From Leucoraja erinacea (taxonomy: Eukaryota), in NCBI RefSeq assembly GCF_028641065.1, contig NC_073414.1, positions 8,246,001 through 8,310,000 of the forward strand: a stretch of 64,000 nucleotides of DNA, written 5' to 3'. Numbering within the stretch: the stretch's first letter is position 1; every line of letters starts with the position of its first letter. This document shows positions 12,448 through 23,780 of this stretch, piece after piece. The position numbers and the translations under genes are program-made. The notes beneath the pieces are model-generated. The model saw only the letters and a list, made by a program, of their open reading frames with translations, had not been told where the DNA came from and made no database searches.

Positions 12448-13984
12448 ATGGATATGATGTTGTCAGGCCCCCAGGTCTATGGTGCCAGCTGCCTGCTCTC
12501 TGGCACTGGGGACTTGGTGACCAGGCTGCCCCCCGCCAGGAGCTGCTGCTGGGGACGGGGTGCATTGGGCCCGGCTGAGGACGGGGCCCGGCAGCTGGGG
12601 CCGAGCCAGGAGGCGGTGGGGCCCACCGGCCGTGAGAGGGTGCAGCAAGGTGGCGAGGCAGCACCCGGAGAGGGAGCTCCGGCCGGCGAGGACGCAGAGG
12701 GCGAGTCCTGTCACGGAGCTGGTCTCCTCGCAGAGCTAGAGGGTGGCTCCTGCCATGGAGCAGGTCCCACTGTGGAGGTGGAGGGTTGGCCCTGTCATGG
12801 AGTTTGTCCCCTCGCTGAGCTGGATGATGGGTCCTGTCATGGAGCTGGTCCCCCCCTGGAGGCAGAGGGTGGGTCCTGTCATGGAGGTGGTCCTCCTGTG
12901 GAGCTAGAGGGTGTGCCCTATCATGGAGATAGCCAGGAGAATGGACCCATTGATGGAGCTGGCCTGATAGTGGAGAAGGGGAGGGGGCCCCCTGATGGAG
13001 CTGACCCCAGTTTGGAGGCGGTTGATGGGCCCTACCGTGGAGCCAGCGGGGAAACTGGTGGCCCCCCTCATGGAGCAGGCCACACCGTGGAGTTACAGTG
13101 TAGGCCCTGTCACGGAGCTGGCCAGCTGGGAGGCCCACGGGACTGTGGTGATGGCGATGGCAAAGATGGTGCCTTTACAGAGGAGATGGAACTCCAGCGG
13201 CGAGAGTGTGCCCGTCGGAGAACCCAGGCGGGCAAAGAGAGCGCGGCGGAAATGAGAGGCGTGTTGAAAACCCATCGCCATGTATCCCGGGAGCTCTCTG
13301 GTCCCATCTCTGTGGCTCCCACAAGGCCGGTAACCATGACGATGGACGCCATTGATGGTCAGGCCTATGGATCCTGGGAGTTCTCCGGTTCCACCTCAGT
13401 TGCTGCCAAAAGCCCAGTAACCACAGCGGTGGGGGCCATGGAGGATCGGGCCTATGTATGCTGTTCCACCTCAGCTGCTCCAAAAGGCCCAGTAACCACG
13501 GCGATGGGTGCCATGGAGGATCGGGCCTATGGATCCTGTTCCACCTCAGCTGCTCCAAAAGGCCCAGTAACCACGGCGATGGGCACCATGGAGGATCGGG
13601 CCTATGTATCCTGTTCCACCTCAACTGCTCTAAAAGGCCCAGTAACCACAGCGATGGGGGCCATGGAGGATCGGGCCTATGGATCCAGGGAGTTCTCCGG
13701 TCCGACCTCAGTTGCTCCCACAAGCCCAGTAACCACGACGACGGCCCCCGGGCCTGACATCGGGCTCCGGGAGGACCAGAGGCCCGAGGAAACGGACGAT
13801 GACTTTGGGACGTTCGAGCAGGCGGGGAACCTGGTGGTGTGGGCCGCGGAGGCGGGGCCCGTGTGGCTGGAGGACGAGGATGGGATCGGCGGCTGCGGGA
13901 ACCAGGAGGACAAGGCGCAAGACGGAACGTGGGCACCGTGGCCTGAGGAACTTGCAGAAACTGTACAGCACGGAGCAAGTCACG
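12448..13984 (+). CDS. Aftiphilin/CLBA1-family gene, coding exon 1 (start codon provisional)
   Basis: 512-codon GC-rich open frame. ATG in strong context (gggATGG). Acidic 'DDDFGTF' adaptor-ear-type motif and WAPW. Donor CACG|GTAAAC in phase 1 matches the next exon. Confidence 0.75.
12697..13123 (+). repeat. Coding 42-bp (14-aa) tandem repeat, EGxSCHGAGPxxEL
   Basis: About 10 progressively degenerate copies within exon 1. Confidence 0.85.
13288..13740 (+). repeat. Coding 75-bp (25-aa) tandem repeat, STSAAPKGPVTTAMGAMEDRAYGSC
   Basis: About 5-6 copies; the central ones are nearly identical at DNA level. Confidence 0.9.
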
Positions 13985-14099
13985 GTAAACAGGGGAATCA
14001 ACATTGGAGAGGTGGGGGGGGGGGATAGAACATAAAACAGTACCGCACAGGGAACTTCGGCCCACTATGTTCAGTTTAGTTTATGATTGTCATGTGTGT

Positions 14100-14660
14100 A
14101 ATTTAGAGATACAGCACGGAAACAGGCCCGAGTCCGCACCACCCAGCGATCCCCGCATCTTAACGCTATCCTACACACACTGGGGAAAATTTACATTTAT
14201 ATTTACCTCAAGCCAATTAACCAGCAAACCTGGACGTTTCTGGAGTGTGGGAGGAAACCAGAGCACCCGGAGAAAACCCACGCAGGTCACGGGGAGAACG
14301 TGCAAACTCCGTACAGACAGCACCCGTGGGCAAGATTGAACCTGGGTCTCTGGTGCTATGAGGCAGCGACATTATCTCTGTGCCACCGTGCTATCCAGCC
14401 AGAGAAAAGACCATCGATGAACAGTGGGCGGCACAGTGGTGCAGCGGTAGAGTTGCTGCCTCACAGTGCCAGAGACCCGGGTTCGATCCTGACAATGGCT
14501 GCACGGAGTTTGTGCGTTCTCCCTGCGACTGTGTGGGTTTTCTCCGGGTGCTCTGGTTTCCTCCCACGCACTCCAAAGACGTACAGGTTTGTTGGTTAAT
14601 TGGCTTCTGAAAAATTGTAAATTGGCCCGCGTGTGTGCGGGATAATGCTAGTGTGATCGT
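14100..14660. mobile_element. Two HE1-type SINEs head-to-head (14100-14392 on -, 14427-14660 on +)
   Basis: tRNA-like heads and V-domains in opposite orientations. Confidence 0.8.
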
Positions 14661-14661
14661 G

Positions 14662-15060
14662 GATTGTCACCTTGTCATGGTGGAGAAGCTTGTGTGGTCC
14701 TGAGATCCTGAGAGCGATGCCGTCTGGAGCTATACTCCTGGTAGGGCCACCCATGGCGGTAAGGTCGAGGGGGAGGTCTCTGACAAAGAGCAATCCAACC
14801 AAGACCTCAACGGTGGAACCGGCGGAGGACGATGGCTGACCTTAGTGGAAGGAGGATGAAGGCTGCGGCAGAAAAGGGTCTCCGGTCGTCTTGGACTCCA
14901 TGCCACTGGATCCTGACCCAGATCTGTCAAGGACCTTGTGGTGGCTGTCTATGCACCAGTGTCCCCATGTTAAACAAAGTCACACACCTGTAGGCGTCCT
15001 CCATATAGGAAATAGCCCCTTGGAGACACCCATGGTCACCCATGGTCACCCATAGCCAAA
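14662..15060 (+). mobile_element. RTE (Expander/BovB-like) LINE 5'-end fragment
   Basis: 'caccttgtcatggtggagaagcttgtgtggtcc...ctggtagggccacccatggcggtaaggtc...gacaaagagc' matches the RTE-clade 5' UTR pattern. The host SINE resumes near 15082 after a repeated gtgatcg. Confidence 0.6.
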
Positions 15061-15440
15061 GGGGGCCTAAGAAGGAGATGGCGTGATCGCTGTTCAGTGC
15101 AGCATTACAGGTATATTGTTTTGTTCTGCATATATTTTTTTCGGTTTATCAAATGAAATCTTTGTATGTTATGCTGAGGGTCAGAGGCCAAATCTTTGTA
15201 TGTTTGTTTAGGGTCAGAGGCCAAAGGGGACTGGTCACGTGTGTGACGTTTCGGTTCACTTTCCAAAGAATGGGCCTCCTGTGGCGAGCATGCAAATGGC
15301 CGCTTGGGTTGGACGCCATCTTGAATGAGCGTCCGCTTCCTGTGCTGTACTGTTGTATGGTGAGGTTGGTTTGGAGGGATGGGGGGGGGGGGGAATCGAG
15401 GGCAGCGTGTGTTTTACCGGGTGTCTGTTTGTGTCTCCAG

Positions 15441-15637
15441 GGTTCGGTGACGGAGTGGCGGAGAGCTGGGAGAGCACGAGTCCTCGCGGCAGCCCCGGCC
15501 CCACCCCCACCTCCAGCGGTGCCTGGCAACCCTTCCAGCGGGGCAGTCTGGGCAGCGGCTTCGGTGCTTTCCCGCTGAGCGAGCGGCAGGCGGCGCGGTG
15601 TGGCCTCGGACAGCCCTGGTGGCCCGCCGGCAAGCCG
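15441..15637 (+). CDS. Aftiphilin/CLBA1-family gene, coding exon 2 (alternative in-frame donor at 15688)
   Basis: Acceptor gtgtctccAG, phase 1 in. Encodes GFGDGVAESW..WQPF..GFGAF..WW (WxxF/FGxF motifs). Phase-0 donors CCG|GTGCGT and AGA|GTAAGT. Confidence 0.75.
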
Positions 15638-16217
15638 GTGCGTACAACCTTCCCAACGAAGGGGTCTTCAGAGTCCACGCGGGGCAGAGTAAGTGAAGAT
15701 AGACACAAAACGCTGGAGTAACTCAGCGGGACGGGCAGCATCTCTGGAGAGAAGGAATGGGCGACATTTCGGGTCGAGACCCTTCTTCAGAATGAGGGAC
15801 AACGGTCAAGGGGAGAGGGAGGCACAGAGATAGGGAAGGGTAAGGTGTGAAAACGAGAGATCAAAGTGAATCTTCAGGTGTGAGTTACACTTCTGTACCT
15901 CTTGCTCGATGGGAGAGGGGAGAAGAGGGAGTGACTGGGGTGAGACTGATAGTACAGTGCATGAGGGCAGTGTAACTTGGCATCATGCTCAGCACCGACT
16001 CTGTGGGCTGAAGGGCCTGTTCCTGTGCTGTACTGTTCTACGGACACAAAAAGCTGGAGTAACTCAGCGGGAGAGGCAGCATCTCTGGAGAGAAGGAATG
16101 GGTGACGTTTTGGGTCGAGACCCTTGAAGAGACAGGTCTGAAGAAAGGTCTCACCCATTCCTTCTCTCCAGAGATGCTGCCTGTCCCGCTGAGTTACTCC
16201 AGCTTTTTGTGTCTATC

Positions 16218-16940
16218 TTCAGAATCAGAATCACACTTTATGCGGCAAGTATGTTTTGCAACATATGAGGAATTTCACTGGCCAGGTCAGTCATTCAATT
16301 AAAAGCAACAGATCACTCAAAAACACATTTTAACATGAACATCCACCACAGTGACTCCTCCACATTCCTCACTGTGATGGAAGGTGAAATAAAGTTCAAG
16401 TCCTTCCTTATGTTCTTCCTCGGTCGTGGGCCTGACGGGACGGTCTTGACTCACGTAGTCGGCGGCATTCAGGCCCTCTGCGTCGAGGCGATCAGCTCCC
16501 GCATCGGGGGGATGTCAGCTCCCCCGTGCCGGGCGATCCAACCTCGTGTCGGGGCTGGTCAAACCTTCCGCTGCGTGGAGCTCCCTACTTGCCTCTCCCG
16601 GGACTGCGAACCCTTGATGGTAAGTCCGCAGTGGTCGCGGTGGGTGCGATCCCAGGCAAGGGACCCGCTCCGATGTTAAGTCCGCTGGGGCTCACGACAG
16701 TCCGAGGAGACGTCCACCTCCACCGATGATGGTAGGCCGCAGAGCCCGGAGAATGTGATCCGAAACTTGATCACATCTCCGGGAAGGTAAAAACCTGAAA
16801 AAAAGTTTCCCCCGATCCCCCCCCTCCCCCCACATAAAACAAACCGAAGAACATTCAAACAAACTTTGAGTGCATTAAAAATAACAAATAAAACAAACAG
16901 ACTGCCGGCAGGGCAGCCATCTCCCCGGCGCCCCTGGTGG
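16218..16940 (-). mobile_element. Non-autonomous GC-rich retroelement (unclassified family)
   Basis: Shares the block 'catccaccacagtg...cacattcctcactgtgatggaagg' and the GC-rich body and head with 50900-51562; short (TCTGAT)n-type tail. Confidence 0.55.
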
Positions 16941-16973
16941 TCTTATGGTGTAAACCAGCACCTGTAGTTCTGC

Positions 16974-17815
16974 GATGGCGGACTGCAGGGGTGATGCGCC
17001 GTTGTGTATGGCTGCTCCTCCTGCAGTCCGTCCTTTCACCCTTTTTTTATTTTTATTTTTAGTCCTGTCCGTACAAAATGTTTATTGGAAGTCTTCTTTT
17101 ATGTGGTGGGTGGGGGGGAGGGGAAGGGGGAAACTGTTTTAATCCCAGTCCTACCTGGTCGGAGATGCGGTTTTCTTCCGAACCGCTTCTTCGTCCTCTC
17201 TGTGCGGCCTACCATCGAGCTGGAGCAGCGCTGGAGCGGCGTTTCCTGCCAGGACTGCAGCTTCGCCGGCGGTGCAGATGCTGGGACACCAACATCGTTG
17301 AGCTGCGGCTGCAGAGCGTCCAGCCGCGGGCGAGCGGCACTGGATTTCAACACCGTGGGGCCTGGTGTCCGAGTTCGCCAGAGTCGGAGGTCCGGCCAGC
17401 GCGGCCTGAGAACTTTGGACATTGCAGTCTTCAGGGAGGAAGCGGCCGCTTCAGTCCAGGCCGCTGAAAAATGTTCACCCGACGCCGATGATCCAGCTTC
17501 GCGGCAGAGGGCCTGAGAACATCGGGTTGGCTGAGGAGGCCACATATAGACCCCGACCTCGGGTGGACTGTGAGGGGGAGAACTGGGTATTTTTAGTGCC
17601 TTCCCTCACAGTGAATTCTGCTGTGGGGGGACGTTTTTTGTTGATTTCTATAGTGTACTGTTCTGTGTCTTTTTTTCTTTTTCTCTTTTTTGTTTTGTAT
17701 GGATTTATTGACATTTAATCTGTTCAATTAGTTTAATCAATCTCTGTAAAGCACTTTGGTTCAAATTGATTTTGTTGAAAAGTGCTATATAAATAAACAT
17801 TATTATTATTATTAT
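16974..17815 (+). mobile_element. Related non-autonomous retroelement with L2-type tail
   Basis: Same head and body layout as the adjacent copy. Ends 'tgtaaagcactttg...gaaaagtgctatataaataaa(tta)n', an L2-like 3' end. Confidence 0.55.
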
Positions 17816-17890
17816 TCATAGGCAGTAATGTTCTATGTTCTGTGTGTAACCGCTAATCTGTGTCCTGACTCGCCTCTGCTTGGTTTCCAG

Positions 17891-18021
17891 GGTGACGTGG
17901 AGTCCGTGTTGTGCTCCTGTTTCCCCGCCGTCCCCTGCAGCAGCGGCACATGCGACGCATGCCCAACTCTGGAATGCATTCTGGACTGCACTGATGTAAC
18001 CGGGGAGGAAGGAGCCGCCAG
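17891..18021 (+). CDS. Aftiphilin/CLBA1-family gene, coding exon 3
   Basis: Acceptor ggtttccAG, phase 0. Encodes GDVESVLCSCFPAVPC...; donor CAG|GTAATG, phase 2. Confidence 0.8.
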
Positions 18022-18734
18022 GTAATGTTGTCCCCACGGCCCGCTATTCGGCACGCCACACGGGGGTCATAAGGTCATGTGATAGGAGCAGAAATAGGCC
18101 ATTCGGCCCATCGTGTCTACTCCACCATTCAATCATGGCTGATCTCTCTCTCCCTCCTAACCCCACCCTCCCGCCTTCTACCCCATAATCCCTAAAATAG
18201 ACACGTACTATTTACAATTTACCAAGCCAATTAACCTACAAACCCGCACGTTTTTAGTTTAGTTTAGAGAAATCAGGGCTTTCGGCCTACTGAGTCCGTG
18301 CCGACCAGCGATCCCCGCACATTAACAACTGGGTACAATTTACAATATTAACCAAAACCAATTAACCTACACGTCTTTGGAGTGTGGGAGGAAACTGGAG
18401 CACCCGGAGAAAACCCACGCAGGTCACAGGGAGAACATACAAACTCCGTACAGACTGCACCCATGGTCAGGATCGAACCTGTCTCTAGCGCTGTGAGGCA
18501 GCAACTCTACCGCTGCACCATAATTTATATTAAACCATCTCATGTTTGCCGTTCACAGGCTGTGTCCTCACTGGAGCCTATTCCATTGTCCAGACTTGTC
18601 CTCATATTTTGTTTCATTTCACCTTGCTACGTACGTAGAGGCCATTAGGCCCATCAAATCCATGCTAGCTCTCAGAGAAGTCCAAGGTATCCCATTCCCC
18701 CATTTATTTCCCTGGTACCCTGGTACCCATTTAC

Positions 18735-19490
18735 ATGGTAAATGGTAGGGAATTGAAGAATGCAGGTGAACAGAGGGATCTGGGAATAACTGCACAGTTC
18801 CCTGAAAGTGGAATCTCATGTAGATAGGGTGGTAAAGAAAGCTTTTGGTGTGCTGGCCTTTATAAATCAGAGCATTGAGTATAGAAGTTGGGATGTAATG
18901 TTAAAATTGTACAAGGCATTGATGAGGTCAATTCTGGAGTATGGGGTACAATTTTGGTCGCCTAATTATAGGAAGGATGTCAACAAAATAGAGAGTACAG
19001 AGGAGATTTACTAGAATGTTGCCTGGGTTTCAACAACTAAGTTACAGAGAAAGGTTGAATAAGTTAGGGCTTTATTCTTTGGAGCGCAGAAGGTTAAGGG
19101 GGGACTTGATAGAGGTCTTTAAAATGATGAGAGAGATAGACAGAGTTGATGTGGATAAGCTTTTCCCACTGAGAGTAGGGAAGATTCAAACAAGGGGACA
19201 TGACTTGAGAATTAAGGGACAGAAGTTTAGGGGTAACATGAGGGGGAACTTCTTTACTCAGAGAGTGGTGGCTGTGTGGAATGAGCTTCCAGAGAAGGTG
19301 GTGGAGGCAGGTTCGTTTTTATCATTTAAAAATAAATTGGATAGTAATATGGACGAGAAAGGAATGGAGGGTTATGGTCTGAACGTAGGTATATGGGACT
19401 AGGGGAGAATACGTGTTCGGCACGGACTAGAAGGGCCGAGGTGGCCTGTTTCCATGCTGTAATTGTTATATGGTTATATGGTATATGGTT
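18735..19490 (+). mobile_element. CR1/HER1-type LINE 3' fragment
   Basis: Frameshifted ORFs 18808-19014 and 19016-19402 encode a CR1 RT C-terminus; (gttatatg)n tail. Confidence 0.9.
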
Positions 19491-19997
19491 ACCCATCCCT
19501 TCAGGATCAAATAAAAAGGAATTGCAGGTGCTGGTTTACATTGAAGATAAATACAAAATGCTGGAGTAACTCAGCGGGACGGGCAGCATCTCTGGATAGA
19601 ATGGAATGGGTGACGTTTTGGGTCTGAAGAAGGCTCTCGACCCGAAAGGTCACCCACTCCTTCTCCCCAGAGATGCTGCCCGTCCCGCTGAGTTACTCCA
19701 GCATTTTGTGCCCACCCTCGGGATGGAACCGCTGTAAGTGAGCAGCTCCACCCGCTGCACCACCGTCCCACCTTGAACCAGATCTTCCACCCAGGATGTG
19801 TAGAGGCAGTAGGACTCAGCAGTCGGGGTGTGTAGGAAGGAACTGCAGATGCTGGTTTACACCAAAGATAGACACAAAATGGCCGCTCCTTCTACCCAGA
19901 GATGCTGATCGATCTAATTCGATCATCCGCCCTCCCGGGCGTATGTGCTGCTCTGGTGCGTGTTTCACCCCCTCTTCCCCCCCCCGTTGTGTTGCAG

Positions 19998-20124
19998 GGG
20001 CCGGGCCAGCGAGTTGTGGGCGACTCTGCGGGACGTGGATGAGGCCGTCGGCCTGAAGCAGCGACACGGGTGCCGGAGTCACGGGCTGCTGCTGGCGGCA
20101 CTGAGCGTGGATCCTGCCCTCACG
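19998..20124 (+). CDS. Aftiphilin/CLBA1-family gene, coding exon 4 (conserved aftiphilin C-terminal clathrin-binding domain)
   Basis: Acceptor gttgcAG, phase 2. 'ELWATLRDVDEAVGLKQRHGCRSHGLLLAALSVD' matches the aftiphilin/CLBA1 LW..LQD...A.GL......S...LL..L.ID pattern. Donor ACG|GTGAGT, phase 0. Confidence 0.85.
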
Positions 20125-21015
20125 GTGAGTCCCGGCTCGCCCCGCCCCACCCCACACCGCCCTCGGGTGCTTGCATGGGATTAGGAGGCCATTCGGCCCA
20201 TCCTCGCCACGCCAGACCTCATCGCAGGCCCATTGCATTAGTGGCCAACACGCCGAGTCCTGGCTCACTCCGCCCGGCCCTCTGGGTACTTGTCGATGCC
20301 CTTTCTGTGGCCACTCTTCGCATACCTTGAGTGTGAATATCCCCGTAACAATGAAGTATCATTCATTCATCTGGTGTCGGCATGGCAGGAGGAGGCCACT
20401 CGGCCCATCGAGACTATGCCAGATCTCAGTGCAAGCCAGCTTAATTGGTAGATACAAGGAACTGCAGGTGCTAGTTTACTACGAAGGGCACAGAGTGCTG
20501 GAGTAACTCAGCGGTTCGGGCAGCATCTCTAGGGAACATGGTTTGGTAATATTTCGGGACGAGGCCCTTCTTCAGTACAGTACAGGAAAAATATAACCCA
20601 TCCGTACTGAAGAAGGATCTCGACCTGAAACATCACCTAACCATGTTCTCCAGAGATGCTGCCTGCCCAACAGAGTTATTCCAGCACTTTGTATCCCGCT
20701 GTATTGGTAATGTTTAGTTTTGAGATACAGCATGGAAACAGGCCCTTTGGCCCATCCAATCCACGCCGACCATCGATCACAATAGTAGTATGTATTCCCA
20801 TTTACTCACGCACCAGGGGGCCAATTAACTTACAAACCCGCATGCGTTTGGGATGTGGGAGGAAACCGGAGCACCCGGAGGAAACCTGCCCCTCTCCGCA
20901 TGTATTCCCTTCCCCATTCAGGTCCCTCCCCTTTATTTGCAGCCCATTTATTTTCTCTTGCATGTCTGCCTCGCTTTACGTCCTCTGTCGATGGCTTTGT
21001 CTCTGCTTCCTCCAG

Positions 21016-21141
21016 GACCCCGCGCTGGGCGGCATGACAGCGCTGGACCCATCCCCGCTGTCCGCCAGGGACAACAAGCTGGAGTCGTTCCCGTCTCCGG
21101 TCAGCTCCGGCTGGGATCCCCGGGATTTAACGTTGATCAAG
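21016..21141 (+). CDS. Aftiphilin/CLBA1-family gene, coding exon 5
   Basis: Long pyrimidine tract and ctccAG. Encodes DPALGGMTALDPSP...LTLIK; donor AAG|GTAGGC; phase 0/0. Confidence 0.8.
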
Positions 21142-21403
21142 GTAGGCCGGAGTGGGCAAGCCAACCATGTCACCCCGTTAAAATCTCTCTCGAGGACTAT
21201 TGATATAGACAATAGACAATATAGATTGATATAGACAATAGACAATAGGTGCAGGAGTAGGCCATTCAGCCCTTCGAGCCAGCACCGCCATTCAATGTGA
21301 TCATGGCTGATCATCCCCAATCAGTACCCCGTTCCTGCCTTCTTCCCCTATCCCCTGACTCCGCTATTTTTAAGAGCCCTATCTAGATCTCTCTTGAAAG
21401 CAT

Positions 21404-21465
21404 GAATTGAATTAGACTGAATTGATTTGAATTGAATGAGATTGAATTGAACTGAACTGAATTAG
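21404..21465. repeat. (TTGAA)n microsatellite
   Basis: Tandem gaatt/gaact pentamers. Confidence 0.85.
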
Positions 21466-22139
21466 ATTTAGACATTACTTTAGACATACTGTGCCGAAAC
21501 AGGCCCTTCGGCCCATCGGGTCTGCACTGACTACCGTTCACCTCATACACTCACATTATCCTACACACACTAGGGATAATTTTGCAATTTTACTAAAGTA
21601 ATTCACCTACAAACCTGTACGTCTTTGGAGTGTGAGAGGAAACCGGAGCACCCCGGAGAAAATCACAGGGAGAACGTGCGAACTCCATACAGACAGCACC
21701 CTTAGTAAGGATCGAACCCGTGTCTCTGGCGCTGTGACGCAGTAGCTCTACCGCCAGGCCATATTTGGATTGAATTGAAACATACAGGAAGGAAGCAGGC
21801 CCTTCGGCCCACCATGTCCATGCCGACCATCGATCGCCCGTTCACGCTAGTTCCATGTTATCCCTATGTTTCACATCCACTACCTATGCACTGGGGGCAA
21901 TTTACAGAGGGATGATTAACATCCAAACCCGCACATCTTTTAGGATGTGCGAAGGAAGACAGAGCACCCTTGCGTTCACAGGGAAAACATGCAAACTCCG
22001 CACAGACAGCATCTGAGGTCAGGATCGAATCTGGATCTATGGTCAAGTCAAGTCAAGAGAGTTCATAGTCATGTGTCCCAGATAGGACAATGAAATGTGC
22101 TGTGAGGCACCATGCCACCTGGTTTGAAATCTGTTTATA

Positions 22140-22668
22140 GAAACATAGAAAATAGGTGCAGGAGTAGGCCATTCGGCCCTTCGAGCCTGCACCGCCATTC
22201 AATATGATCATGGCTGATCATCCAACTCAGTATCCCATCCCTACCTTCTCTCCATACCCCCTGATCCCTTTAGCCACAAGGGCCACATCTAACACCTTCT
22301 TAAATATAGCCAATGAACTGGCCTCATCTACCTTCTGTGGAATTCCAGAGATTCACCACTCTCTGTGTAAAAAATGATTTGCTCATCTCAGTCCTAAAAG
22401 ACTTCCCTCTTATCCTTAAACTGTGACCCTTAGTTCTGGACTTCCCCAACATCGGGAATAATCTTTCTGCATCTAGCCTGTCCAACCCCTTAAGAATGTT
22501 GTTAGTTTCTATAAGATCCCCCCTCAATCTTCTAAATTCTAGCGTGTACAAGCCGAGTATATCCAGCCTTTCTTCATATGAAAGTCCTGCCATCCCAGGA
22601 ATCAGTCTGGTGAACCTTCTCTGTACTCCCTCTATGGCAAGAATGTCTTTCCTCAGATTAGGAGACCA
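22140..22668 (-). mobile_element. CR1/HER1-type LINE 3' fragment
   Basis: Minus ORF 'AGLSYEERLDILGLYTLEFRRLRGDLIET...'; catagaaa tail. Confidence 0.9.
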
Positions 22669-22884
22669 TATATCCTGAAGGAAATGCTGGATGTGTTGTC
22701 AATGTGCGGGGGGGGAAACAAATAATCTTAAGGTAAAGGGGTTGGACACGGAGGGAAGGGGCAGCTAAACTGTGCTGTCGTGCTCCGCTGACAGGGTGTA
22801 GGAAGTGCCCTGGTTAGACACAGAGTCAAGTTCCCTCTGCATGCACCTGCCTCACCCTCTGCCTGCCCTTGTGCTCTGTTGCAG

Positions 22885-23022
22885 GACTCGCTCCCCCAGC
22901 ACCAGGTGAACGGCCTCAGTCCCAGCCATCGCCTCCAGGCCTTCTTTTACCAGTGGGCGCAGGCCGACAGGAACGGGAGGAACAAGAGTGCCTGTGACGT
23001 CAACAAGAACCACATGGCCTAG
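22885..23022 (+). CDS. Aftiphilin/CLBA1-family gene, terminal coding exon 6
   Basis: Acceptor gctctgttgcAG, phase 0. Encodes DSLPQHQVNGLSPSHRLQAFFYQWAQADRNGRNKSACDVNKNHMA, then TAG at 23020-23022. Not in the ORF track because it is short. Confidence 0.75.
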   Translation, partial: DSLPQHQVNGLSPSHRLQAFFYQWAQADRNGRNKSACDVNKNHMA

Positions 23023-23399
23023 AGACCCAGGGGGGAGGGAGCGGCCCTCTCCGTCTCTCAGGGAACTCTTTTACATGGACTTCTAACTCCAAGTTGTGAC
23101 ATCCAGGACAGTTTCACAAGTTATCGGAGTAGAATTAGGCCATTCGGCCCATTGAGTCTACTCCGCCATTCAATCATAGCTGATCTCCGCCTCCTAATCC
23201 CATTTTCCTGCCTTCTCCCCATAACCCTTGACGCGCGTTCTAATCAAGTTTTCTCTTGGAAAAGGTATAAGGCAATGGGGATGGGACCTAAGGGGTGGGG
23301 AATTGTAGAAATGTAGATATTCCCGAAGGATTGGAGCAATATTCCTGAGACCATCATTGTTTTTCCTGCATTTCAGAATGCCAAGAGCAAATCCAGCTG

Positions 23400-23780
23400 T
23401 TTAGTTTAGTTTAGTTTAGAGATACAGCGTGGAAACAGGCCCTTCGGCCCACCGAGTCTGTGCCGACCAGCGATCACCCCATACACTAATACTATCCTAC
23501 ACACCAATTAACCTACAAACCTATGGTACACAAAAAAGCTGGAGAAACTCAGCGGGTGCAGCATCATCTATGGAGCGAGGGAAATAGGCAACGTTTCGGG
23601 CCGAAACCCAACCTACAAACCTATATGTCTTTGGGATGTGTGAGGAAACCGGAGCACCCGGAAAAACCCCACGGGGAGAACGTAACAAACTCCGTACAGA
23701 CGGCACCCGTAGTCAGGATCGAACTTGGGTCTCTGGGGCTGTGAGGCAGCAACTCTACCGCTGCGCCACCGTGCTGCCCC
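23400..23780 (-). mobile_element. HE1-type V-SINE with nested Penelope terminal fragment
   Basis: (TTTAG)n tail, V-domain and tRNA head. An insert at ~23524-23609 is flanked by the repeated aacctacaaacctat. Confidence 0.75.

Noticed and set aside
12431-14065. Minus-strand 235-aa and 296-aa ORFs
   Set aside because: Antisense shadows of the GC-rich repetitive exon 1; no independent motifs or splice support.
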